Origin: an uncultured Pelagibacteraceae bacterium
GTDB lineage: Bacteria; Pseudomonadota; Alphaproteobacteria; Pelagibacterales; Pelagibacteraceae
Assembly (NCBI GenBank): GCA_902578115.1
Contig: CACHBR010000002.1
Span: forward strand, 59,863-123,862
Reading direction: 5' to 3'
DNA length: 64,000 nucleotides
In this document: piece by piece, positions 46,092 through 54,707 of the stretch
Layout of the letters: each line of letters starts with the position of its first letter
How positions within the stretch are numbered: position 1 is the first letter of the stretch
Notes under the pieces: model-generated
The model's database searches: none
What the model was told of the DNA's origin: nothing
The model's input: only the letters and a program-made list of their open reading frames with translations
Translations under genes and position numbers: made by a program

Positions 46092-47792
46092 TTATTTTGT
46101 TTTGACAGTTGTTGATCTGTAAATCACCCATTGTTGAGCAATTGTTAGTATGTTGTTAATTGTCCAATAAACAACAAGACCTGAAGGAAATGGTGCTAAA
46201 ATTATTGTTAAAAATAACGGAAAAAACATAAAAATTTTTGCTTGTATAGGATCTGGAGGAGTAGGGTTAAGTTTCTGCTGTAAATACATTGTCGCTCCCA
46301 TCATTATAGGCCATGCTCCAATAATTAGAAACGATGGTGGATCCCAAGGTATCAAACCAAAAAAGTTAAAAATGGAAGTTGGATCCTGTGCTGATAAATC
46401 TTTAATCCAACCAAAAAATGGTTGATGTCTCATTTCCAGTGAAATGAAAAGCATTTTATATATTGCAAAAAAGAAAGGTATCTGAATTAAAATTGGAAGA
46501 CATCCAGAAAGTGGGTTTACTTTCTCTCTTTTGTAAAGCGCCATCATTTCTTGCTGAAGTTTAACTTTATCCTCTTTGTGTAATTCTTTTAATCTTAACA
46601 ACTCGGGTTGTAATATCTTCATTTTTGCCATTGATCTAAATGAGTAATTTGCAAGTGGGAAAAATAATAATCTTACAGCTGCAGTTACTAAAACAATTGC
46701 TATTCCAAAGTTTTTTGTAAGTTCGAATAAATAATTCATTATAAAAAATAGTGGTTTAGTGAAAAAGTAGAACCAACCCCAATCAATTGTTAAATCAAAT
46801 TTGTTAATACCTTCTGTTTCAGCATAACCATCTATTACTTTAACTTCTTTTGCTGCTATAAATACTTTTGACTCGGATATTCCTGAGCCTGAAGGTTGAA
46901 TAACAACAGGTTTATTTTGAATGTAGTTTGCTTTGAAACCATTTTTGTAAGTAAACTCACCTTTAAATGATTGATTTTTTTCAGGTACTAATGCGGTTAA
47001 CCAATATTTATCTGTGATACCCAACCAACCTTCTCCAGCGGAGTACTCTTTTTTCTTTTCTTTAATGTCATCATACCCTTCCTCTTGTAAGTCCTCATCA
47101 AAAACTCCAATAAACCCCTCGTGCAAAATATAAAAGTCTACAACATCTGGATCTTGGTTTCTTGTTATCTGCGCGTACGGATAAAGCTCTACTCTTTGAC
47201 TTGAATTATTTTGAACTTCTTGCGTTACTTTAAATAAAAACTTTTCATCTAATTCTATTTTTTTTCTAAAAGTCAAACCTGATTTATTATTCCACTCAGC
47301 TGTAACTGGATTGCCTACTGAAAGTTTATTATTTCCAACTACATTCCATATCGAATTTTTTGTTGGAAGAGGTGTATTAGTTGTATTGCTTGCTGCCCAC
47401 CCAGTTTCAACAAAGTACCCATCATTTGTTTCAGAAGGATTTAAATATTTTACTTTTTCATCTGAATTGACCTCTGTGTTATATTTTTTAAAAAGAATGT
47501 CATCTATCAAAAATCCTTTTAGTGAGATTGAACCTTTAACATTCTCATTTTCAAAATTTACTCTTTTTACAGATTTAATCGCATCATCCCTAGATATGTT
47601 TACAACTTTTTCCTTTTCTATATTAACATTTGGTGAAGGTGCATCAGTATTTTTATTGTCAGTCTTTTCTGAACCCTGAGTTTGTTCTAATTTTTTTTGC
47701 TCTTCGATTTGAGGTGTTTCAAAAATTACTGACCAACCAAATAAAACAGCGAATGATAAAGCTATAGCAAAAACTACGTTTCTAAGATCCAT
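46092..47792 (-). CDS. yidC: Membrane protein insertase YidC
   Basis: 566 aa. It has an N-terminal TM, a large periplasmic P1 domain and a conserved C-terminal 5-TM core (NPLSGCLPILIQIPFFFAIY). Confidence 0.94.
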   Translation of the reverse strand: MDLRNVVFAIALSFAVLFGWSVIFETPQIEEQKKLEQTQGSEKTDNKNTDAPSPNVNIEKEKVVNISRDDAIKSVKRVNFENENVKGSISLKGFLIDDILFKKYNTEVNSDEKVKYLNPSETNDGYFVETGWAASNTTNTPLPTKNSIWNVVGNNKLSVGNPVTAEWNNKSGLTFRKKIELDEKFLFKVTQEVQNNSSQRVELYPYAQITRNQDPDVVDFYILHEGFIGVFDEDLQEEGYDDIKEKKKEYSAGEGWLGITDKYWLTALVPEKNQSFKGEFTYKNGFKANYIQNKPVVIQPSGSGISESKVFIAAKEVKVIDGYAETEGINKFDLTIDWGWFYFFTKPLFFIMNYLFELTKNFGIAIVLVTAAVRLLFFPLANYSFRSMAKMKILQPELLRLKELHKEDKVKLQQEMMALYKREKVNPLSGCLPILIQIPFFFAIYKMLFISLEMRHQPFFGWIKDLSAQDPTSIFNFFGLIPWDPPSFLIIGAWPIMMGATMYLQQKLNPTPPDPIQAKIFMFFPLFLTIILAPFPSGLVVYWTINNILTIAQQWVIYRSTTVKTK

Positions 47793-48050
47793 TTAAATTT
47801 TCTTTCCTACATTTTTCTTTTTCGGTACAAAATCTAATCCTGAGCTTCCTCCCAATAATTTTATAGGGTGACATTTTGATATCCTTTTAAAAGTTAAGGA
47901 TAAACCTTTTATTAGACCATGAGTTTTTAATGACTCTTCAGCATACTCAGAACAAGTGGGAAGAAATCTACAATTTTGTCCAAGTAGAGGTGATATTAAA
48001 TATTTATAAATTTTAATAAAAAATATTAATGTTAAACTAATTAATTTCAT
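47793..48050 (-). CDS. yidD: Membrane protein insertion efficiency factor YidD
   Basis: 85 aa. It contains [15 protein letters not shown] and abuts yidC. Confidence 0.9.
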   Translation of the reverse strand: MKLISLTLIFFIKIYKYLISPLLGQNCRFLPTCSEYAEESLKTHGLIKGLSLTFKRISKCHPIKLLGGSSGLDFVPKKKNVGKKI

Positions 48051-48409
48051 ACTTTTAAACTTTGCATCCTTTTAAAACTTTTTTTCATTTTTTCATACAG
48101 TGAATTATTATACTCATTATAGGCTTTATCCTTTCCAAAAATTATATATATATAATCTAAATTAATTGTACTGTTCATCATTAACAACTTTTGTACAATA
48201 GATCTTAACTTCCTTTTGATTCTATTCCTTTTAACTGCATTTCCGATTTTTTTTCTCATGACAAAACTTACGTAAAGTTTTTTACCCTTATTTTTTTTAT
48301 CTAAAAAATTTTTTGAACGATATATAGTAAAGCATTCATTATTTATAACTCTATTTCTTAAGACTCTTTGGAAATGGGAATTTTTTTTTAAACTTTCTAG
48401 CTTTGTCAT
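48047..48409 (-). CDS. rnpA: Ribonuclease P protein component
   Basis: 120 aa basic protein. It sits between rpmH and yidD and carries the RNR-like motif ([13 protein letters not shown]). Confidence 0.9.
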   Translation of the reverse strand: MTKLESLKKNSHFQRVLRNRVINNECFTIYRSKNFLDKKNKGKKLYVSFVMRKKIGNAVKRNRIKRKLRSIVQKLLMMNSTINLDYIYIIFGKDKAYNEYNNSLYEKMKKSFKRMQSLKV

Positions 48410-48414
48410 TATCT

Positions 48415-48549
48415 TTAAGTAGAAAGTCTTTTTCGACCTTTTGCTCTACGTCTAGCTAAAAGTTTTCTACCTGCCTTTGTGGCCATTCTTGATCTAAAGC
48501 CATGCCTTCTTTTTCTAACTAGCTTACTTGGTTGATACGTTCTTTTCAT
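48415..48549 (-). CDS. rpmH: 50S ribosomal protein L34
   Basis: Below the ORF-track length cutoff. My translation is [44 protein letters not shown] (44 aa), a near-consensus L34. It lies 5 nt upstream of rnpA. Confidence 0.95.
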   Translation of the reverse strand: MKRTYQPSKLVRKRRHGFRSRMATKAGRKLLARRRAKGRKRLST

Positions 48550-48625
48550 AAGATTTCTTTGGTTCTGTTAAATTTTTTGATATTTATAGGTAATAAGATT
48601 GTATAAGTACAGTTAAAAATTATTT

Positions 48626-49354
48626 ATGAATTTAAGTTCTAGAAATCTAAAACTTATAATTGGAGTATTTTATCTACTAATTCTATTTTTTGGTCTATAT
48701 TATTTATTTTCTCTAATTGATATTAGAGATTTGACAAGCTATGAGTTTATTAAGTCAAACAAAGAGATTATTATTGATTACAAGAATAATAATTTTCTAT
48801 TTCTTACTATAACATTTTTCTTATTTTCAATAGTTTGGTATTTACTTTTGGGATTTGCATCACCAATTTTGTTATTTTCTGGTTTTGTTTTTGGAAAGTG
48901 GTATGGAATTATAATCGCTGTTGTATCCGCTTCAATTGGAACAACCCTGCTATATCTATTAGCAAAACTCTTTTTTACCGATTTAATAAAAGAGAAATTA
49001 GATCCAAAATTTTCAAGTTTTAAACTTGCCTTTCAAAAAAATGAATTTTTATATTTTACATTATATAGACTTGGCGGTGGAGGTGGAATCCCCTATGGAA
49101 TACAAAATGTCTTACCCGTTTTATTTAATATTTCCATAAAAAATTATTTCATTGGAACATTTATCGGTAGTTGGCCAGCAATGTTCATAAGTGTTGCACT
49201 AGGAGCAGGGATAGAAAAATATATTGAGACAAATGAAAAATTAAGTTTAATAAATATAATCTTATCTCCTGATATTTACTTACCAATCTTAGGTTTTATA
49301 TTGATGCTTTTAGTTGGACTTTTAATTAAAAAATTATTTTTTAAAAAAAATTAG
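48626..49354 (+). CDS. TVP38/TMEM64 (DedA-superfamily, SNARE-associated) membrane protein
   Basis: 242 aa with 5-6 TM segments. The glycine-rich re-entrant-like segment (LLFSGFVFGKWYGIIIAVVSASIGTTLLY) is typical of the family. Confidence 0.7.
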   Translation: MNLSSRNLKLIIGVFYLLILFFGLYYLFSLIDIRDLTSYEFIKSNKEIIIDYKNNNFLFLTITFFLFSIVWYLLLGFASPILLFSGFVFGKWYGIIIAVVSASIGTTLLYLLAKLFFTDLIKEKLDPKFSSFKLAFQKNEFLYFTLYRLGGGGGIPYGIQNVLPVLFNISIKNYFIGTFIGSWPAMFISVALGAGIEKYIETNEKLSLINIILSPDIYLPILGFILMLLVGLLIKKLFFKKN

Positions 49355-49355
49355 A

Positions 49356-49511
49356 ATGAACAATTTTAAAATAATTAATTGGCTAGTATGGTTGGTTTTA
49401 GTAATTATTTGGAATTATGGGTATCCAGAAGCAAGCCCACTCCTTGATGTAATTATTGCAGTTATTTTATCTTTCGTAAGTATTATTTTAATGAGATTTA
49501 TAAAAAAATAA
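49356..49511 (+). CDS. Small hypothetical two-TM membrane protein (51 aa)
   Basis: Below the track cutoff. The peptide is MNNFKIINWLVWLVLVIIWNYGYPEASPLLDVIIAVILSFVSIILMRFIKK. It starts 1 nt after the preceding stop and ends 2 nt before the next ATG. A 52-codon open frame is unlikely by chance at this AT content. Confidence 0.4.
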   Translation: MNNFKIINWLVWLVLVIIWNYGYPEASPLLDVIIAVILSFVSIILMRFIKK

Positions 49512-49513
49512 TT

Positions 49514-50956
49514 ATGAATATAAATTATTTTAAAAGTGCTCTTTTACATCATAGCAAAGGAAACTGGAATAAAGCTAAAGAAATTTACGAACATATTTTA
49601 AAAACAGAACCAAATAATTATCCAGTGCTTCAAAATTACGGTCCATTACTCTGTCAATTAAGAGAATATAAATTGGCAAAAAATATTTTTGAAAAAAGTT
49701 TAAAAATAAAACCCCAAGATCCTTTGCTATTATATAACTATGGAAAATTTTACCATGATCAAAAATTGTTTGATGAAGCAATTAAATTCTATAAAGAATC
49801 TTTTAAAATTGAGCCAAAAAATAATTTCTCAATGTATAATATTGGAAATATTTATTTTGCATTAAGTAAATTAGATTTAGCTATTTCAGCATACAGAGAT
49901 AGTTTAAAAATAAATCCAAAAAATTTTTTAGCTCATAATAATTTGGCAAACGCTCTAAAAAATACAGGAAATTTTGAAGAGGCAATTCAATACTATAAAA
50001 GTTCACTTAAACTAAAAAAAGATTATCCTGATATTCACATAAATTATGCCACACAATTACTTATGTTAGAGGATTTTGAAGAGGGTTTTGAGGAATATGA
50101 ATGGAGAAAAAAAAGTAAGTCATTTTTGGACTACATAAATTACAATAAACTTAATTTAAAAAGCAAAGAGTGGAGAGGTGAAAATTTACAAGATAAAAAA
50201 CTACTGGTTATTTCAGAGCAAGGCATTGGCGACCTAATTCAATTTACTAGATATTTATTTGAGCTTAAAAAAGAGAAAGTAAAAATAATAATTTATTTAA
50301 AAAGTAAAAAATTTTCTCATTTTTTTGATAATAAAATTTTTGATATTGTATTTGAGGGCAAGGATATACCTGATCACGACTATCATGTTCACTTATTGAG
50401 TATTTTAAAAATCTTTAATAAAAAAAATAAACTCTTTATAAATCCCGTAAATTTTTTTCAAAAAAATGAAAAAACTCAAATTAAATGGAATAAACTACTT
50501 TCAAACCATAGCGGAATTAAGATAGGTATAAACTGCAACACATCTTTAACTAAAAAAAATATACCAATTAAATTTTTTGTCAATTTAGCATCCGTTTTTA
50601 ACTTTAAATTTATTATGTTGCAAAAAAACTTCAGTAGTGAAAAAGTAAAAAATTCAAAAAATATATTATTTTTCCAGGAAATGGACTCATCAAATGATGC
50701 TTTTGTAGATAGTATTGAAATAATTAAAAAATTGGATCTTGTTATAACTTCCGATACATCAATTGCACATTTATCTGCTACACTAGGGATTAAAACTTGG
50801 ATAGTTCTCCCATTTGTAAGTGATTGGCGTTGGTTTCAAGATAAAAAAAAAACGAAATGGTACAAGAATGTTACTCTTTATAAATCAAAAAAAATTGATG
50901 ATTGGGATAAACCATTCGAAGAAATTAAATTAGATTTAAAAAAAAAGGTTTTCTAA
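49514..50956 (+). CDS. TPR-repeat protein with a C-terminal GT9 (heptosyltransferase-like) glycosyltransferase domain
   Basis: 480 aa. About 5 N-terminal TPR units are present (AKEIYEHILKTEPNN..., AISAYRDSLKINPKN...). The C-terminal half carries ISEQGIGDLIQFTRY and LVITSDTSIAHLSATLG. Confidence 0.75.
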   Translation: MNINYFKSALLHHSKGNWNKAKEIYEHILKTEPNNYPVLQNYGPLLCQLREYKLAKNIFEKSLKIKPQDPLLLYNYGKFYHDQKLFDEAIKFYKESFKIEPKNNFSMYNIGNIYFALSKLDLAISAYRDSLKINPKNFLAHNNLANALKNTGNFEEAIQYYKSSLKLKKDYPDIHINYATQLLMLEDFEEGFEEYEWRKKSKSFLDYINYNKLNLKSKEWRGENLQDKKLLVISEQGIGDLIQFTRYLFELKKEKVKIIIYLKSKKFSHFFDNKIFDIVFEGKDIPDHDYHVHLLSILKIFNKKNKLFINPVNFFQKNEKTQIKWNKLLSNHSGIKIGINCNTSLTKKNIPIKFFVNLASVFNFKFIMLQKNFSSEKVKNSKNILFFQEMDSSNDAFVDSIEIIKKLDLVITSDTSIAHLSATLGIKTWIVLPFVSDWRWFQDKKKTKWYKNVTLYKSKKIDDWDKPFEEIKLDLKKKVF

Positions 50957-50969
50957 AAAAATTTGATTT

Positions 50970-51045
50970 TGGTGCCCATAGCAAGAATCGAACTTACGAC
51001 CTCTTCCTTACCATGGAAGTGCTCTACCAGCTGAGCTATATGGGC
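50970..51045 (-). tRNA. tRNA-Thr (anticodon GGT), CCA encoded
   Basis: The reverse complement is GCCCATATAGCTCAGCTGGTAGAGCACTTCCATGGTAAGGAAGAGGTCGTAAGTTCGATTCTTGCTATGGGCACCA. It folds as a canonical cloverleaf with anticodon loop ATGGTAA. Confidence 0.92.
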
Positions 51046-52650
51046 CTTTTAAAGTATGAACAATCTTTGATTAATAATTTTTTTACATCCGCAATTGTCT
51101 TATCTTCTTCAAAACAATCTTTGCTAACATAGCGATAAAGCTCATCAACCTTTACTGGAGAAATAATATAAATTACCGAGATTTTTTTTCTTGTAATTAG
51201 ATCAATTAAAAAATTTTTATATTCATCAAAATACTTATTATTTTGAATCGGGTATGCCGCACCATTTGGAATGTACCATCGACTTGGAGAATGAAGATTT
51301 TTATTAATTATAAGGGAAAGAAAAGAATAGTTTGACATAACCATAGCTTCATTATTTTCAGCGTTTAATACACCTATAATTTCTCTTAAGAATTTAATTT
51401 CTTCTTCGGGAGAGTTAGGGAATATTGGTGTTATCCATTTTAAACCAGAAAGTTTTTTGTCAATTTTTTTTGCATTTACTGATAAATCAAAATTTATTTT
51501 AGACATTTCATGAAATCTTCTTTCATCATTAAATCTTAAATGATATTTTGAAGTAACAAACAAACAAAATAACAATAAAAAAAATGAAAAGTATTTTTTA
51601 TACCTTATTTCATAATTGTAGATAAATATTGATGAAAAAGCACACAAAACAGGAATTAGAAAAAAAATAAATTCCTGATTTCTGGTATTTATCTGATGAA
51701 TAACTAAACTAAGAATTAATAAAAGAAAAGATAAGAAAAAAAAGAAATTCTCATTAAATATATTTTTTTTAGATTTAATTACATCAAGCAATGTAACTAA
51801 TAATAAAGGTATAAAAGAAATATAGATAAACTTGTAATCAAAAATTATATCACCGGACAAAAAATTAAGTTCGGCAATTCTATTTTTTCCGATCGAAGAA
51901 GGAAAAAGTATGTACTGATCAAAAAAATTCTCAAGTTTAATATTAGTAAAATCAAAAAATAATAGAATAATTATTATGAAAGATAAGGAACTAAAAGTTA
52001 AATACAATAGCCAATTAAATCTTTTTTTAATAAAAATATACAAGATAAGTATTAATGAGACTGAAAAAAAAACATAGACCGAAGGTGCTGATTTGGTCAA
52101 AAAAGCAAGTCCTAAAACAACTGGTAAAAAAATTAGGAATTTTTTTTTATCAGTTTTTAAAGCCATTATTAAACAATAAACAGCCAGTAAACATAATAAA
52201 GATGAATGGTGATCTACATATAAAGTCCCACTAGTTGTATACCCAAGAATCGCAAAACAAAAAGAATAAAAAAAACATTGATAAATATTTAAATTAAAAT
52301 TTTTTAAAATATAAAAAGTTGCAATCGTTAATAAGCAATTAATTAGAGATGCATGCAAAATATAAACTTGAAAATTTTGTCCAAATGCTTTGAAAAAAAA
52401 CAGCTTGCACATAATCGATTAATAATCCCGAAACCAACCAATAATCTTGAAAAGGAATATCTCCATTAATAATTCTAAAAGCTATGTCAAAATGAGCAAA
52501 ACTTTCTATTGGGAAAACGCCTCTATTGGCATAGTATTGGTTTATAATTATAGAAAATACTAAAATAATTAATACAAGAATTTTTTCGTTGAGTTGTAAA
52601 TTTTTTTTAAGCATTTTTGGTAGAAGTAATTTAATTTTTAAAATATACAC
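51036..52650 (-). pseudogene. Polytopic GT-C-like membrane glycosyltransferase (ArnT/PMT-like topology) split into two overlapping ORFs by a frameshift at a T8 run
   Basis: ORFs 52339-52650 (103 aa) and 51036-52412 (458 aa) overlap by 74 nt in different frames. The run of 8 A on the plus strand (52393-52400) is T8 on the coding strand. T7 would fuse them as ...DYVQAVFFKAFGQNFQVYILH..., about 537 aa with roughly 12 or more TM helices. Confidence 0.55.
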
Positions 52651-52659
52651 TTAATTATT

Positions 52660-53976
52660 ATGAAATCCCAATCAAATTTTTCTTTAAATTGGAGTGGTAA
52701 TACTAAAGCGACCCCAAGGATAATTTATCCAAAAAATCTGGAAGAATTAAAAAAAATTATGTCAGAAAAAAATTTTATAATTGCAGGAAATCAGAGATCA
52801 TTTGGAGATAATTCTATTAATACAAACTTGATTGTATCCATGAAAAATTTTAAACAAATTTTAAATTTTGATAAGTCAAAAGGGATCATAGAAGCTCAAG
52901 GTGGCGTATTACTTAAAGATGTACTAGGTTTAATTGTAGAAGCAGGATGGTTTGTACCTGTTACACCTGGTAGCAAATATGTTTCAATTGGTGGAATGGT
53001 TGCTAACAATGTTCACGGCAAAAACATTTCAAATAACCAAATAAAGCACCATATACTTGAGCTTAAAATATTAAATGAGAATAATGAAATTGTAACTTGT
53101 ACTCCAACACAAAAAAAAAATTATTTTGAAAGTACGATAGGCGGATTTGGTTTAACTGGGTGTATTTTATCAGCAAAGTTTAGATTGAAAAAAATCAACT
53201 CAATATTTATGAACCAGGAAATTTTAGAATTCACAAGTTATAATAGTTTTTTTTCACTATTAGCAAAATCAAATTTATATGAATATAACGTAAATTGGAT
53301 AGAAAGTTTTGGTAATGGCTCAATTAAAGGACTATGTTATTTTGGAAAACATGAAAATAATAATAACTCAGATCCTTTGCAAAAATTTAATTTTAAGGAA
53401 AAGGAAATTGATTTTTTTAATTATTTTATTTTGAAAATTTTTACTCAAAATTATTACTTAATAAAATTAACTAAATTTATATTCAGAAAGTTTAAAAAAA
53501 TATTTTATAAAAAAGTCTCAGGTTTTGATGAATTTTTTTACCCCCAAGATTACTTCATAAATTGGAATAAAATTTATGGAAAAAAAGGATTCTTTCAAGC
53601 TCAGTTTTTGGTAAAAGAAAATAATTTTAAAGATATAATGAATAAAATTGCTAAATTTTTTAAAGATGAAAAAATTTTTAGTACTTTTATTATAATTAAA
53701 AAATTTGATGAAAAAGGTAAATATTTGAATTTTTATGGACAAGGTTTTTCAATCTCAATGGATATTCCGATAAACTCAAACTTTGAAAAAACTAAGAATT
53801 TTTTAAATAGTATATTTCAAGAATATGATATAAAAGTTAATTTCTCAAAAGACTCTATTGCAAACAAAGATGTAATAAAAAATAAAGAAGAGTATTCAGA
53901 ATTTGTTAAAGAGTTGAATCTTATTAGTCCAGAAAGGAAATTTAATTCTATTTTCTCTAAAAGACTAGAAATGTAA
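52660..53976 (+). CDS. FAD-dependent oxidoreductase, DprE1-like (polyprenyl-phospho-sugar 2-prime oxidase family)
   Basis: 438 aa. From memory it is collinear with mycobacterial DprE1: NWSGNT.., QRSFGDNS (RSYGDNA in DprE1) and WFVPVTPGSKYVSIGGMVANNVHGKN ([27 protein letters not shown] in DprE1). Confidence 0.8.
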   Translation: MKSQSNFSLNWSGNTKATPRIIYPKNLEELKKIMSEKNFIIAGNQRSFGDNSINTNLIVSMKNFKQILNFDKSKGIIEAQGGVLLKDVLGLIVEAGWFVPVTPGSKYVSIGGMVANNVHGKNISNNQIKHHILELKILNENNEIVTCTPTQKKNYFESTIGGFGLTGCILSAKFRLKKINSIFMNQEILEFTSYNSFFSLLAKSNLYEYNVNWIESFGNGSIKGLCYFGKHENNNNSDPLQKFNFKEKEIDFFNYFILKIFTQNYYLIKLTKFIFRKFKKIFYKKVSGFDEFFYPQDYFINWNKIYGKKGFFQAQFLVKENNFKDIMNKIAKFFKDEKIFSTFIIIKKFDEKGKYLNFYGQGFSISMDIPINSNFEKTKNFLNSIFQEYDIKVNFSKDSIANKDVIKNKEEYSEFVKELNLISPERKFNSIFSKRLEM

Positions 53977-53977
53977 A

Positions 53978-54703
53978 ATGCCAAAAAAAATTTTGATATA
54001 TGGTGGAAGTTCTCTAATTTCAAAGGAGTTAATAAGTATTTATTCTAGGGAAGATTATAATTTTATTATTTTCTGTAGAAAAAAAGAGTCTGTGCTAAGT
54101 GATCTATCAAACCTAAAACTGGATAATAATAAGTTTGAAATTTTTGAGACAGATTTAATTGATCTTCAAAAAAACCTAGAACTAATATCAAAACTAGATG
54201 ACAACATTGATGGAGTTATCTGGATCTCTGGTTATACAGGGGATCCTGTAAAAGAAATCAACGATACAGAATTAGCATTAAATAATATTAAAATAAATTT
54301 TCTAAACCCAGTTTTAATTATAAGTAAGTTATTACCAAAAATTATCAATAATGGAGAAGGTTTTTTGGCCGTGATGTGCTCTGTTGCAGGGTTAAGGGGT
54401 AGAGCTAAAAATATTTTTTATGGCAGCTCAAAATCAGGTTTAATAACTTTTTTATCTGGTTTAAGACAAAAATTTCATAATAAGTTAAATATTGTAACAA
54501 TTATACCTGGCTATATGTCCACAAATTCTTTTAAGGAAAGTGCTCCAAATTTTTTAATTACTTCACCAAAAAAAGCTGCAACTATTATAAGTAAAGCAAT
54601 CAAGACAAAAAAAGAAATTATATATATAAACTCTTATTGGAGAATAATAATGTTTTTTGTCAAAAATATTCCAGAAAAAATTTTTAAAAAATTAAAATTT
54701 TAA
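53978..54703 (+). CDS. Short-chain dehydrogenase/reductase, DprE2-like
   Basis: 241 aa. It has an N-terminal Rossmann GGSSLIS and an SDR YxxxK (FYGSSKSG). The C-terminal tail WRIIMFFVKNIPEKIFKKLKF matches the DprE2 tail pattern ([21 protein letters not shown]) from memory. It starts 1 nt after the DprE1-like stop. Confidence 0.78.
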   Translation: MPKKILIYGGSSLISKELISIYSREDYNFIIFCRKKESVLSDLSNLKLDNNKFEIFETDLIDLQKNLELISKLDDNIDGVIWISGYTGDPVKEINDTELALNNIKINFLNPVLIISKLLPKIINNGEGFLAVMCSVAGLRGRAKNIFYGSSKSGLITFLSGLRQKFHNKLNIVTIIPGYMSTNSFKESAPNFLITSPKKAATIISKAIKTKKEIIYINSYWRIIMFFVKNIPEKIFKKLKF

Positions 54704-54707
54704 AATA

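Noticed and set aside
51036-52650. Treating 52339-52650 and 51036-52412 as two independent overlapping genes.
   Set aside because: The 74-nt out-of-frame overlap is centred on a T8 run. The downstream ATG has no SD. A single-base change also gives one continuous polytopic protein. A frameshifted single gene is the more economical reading.
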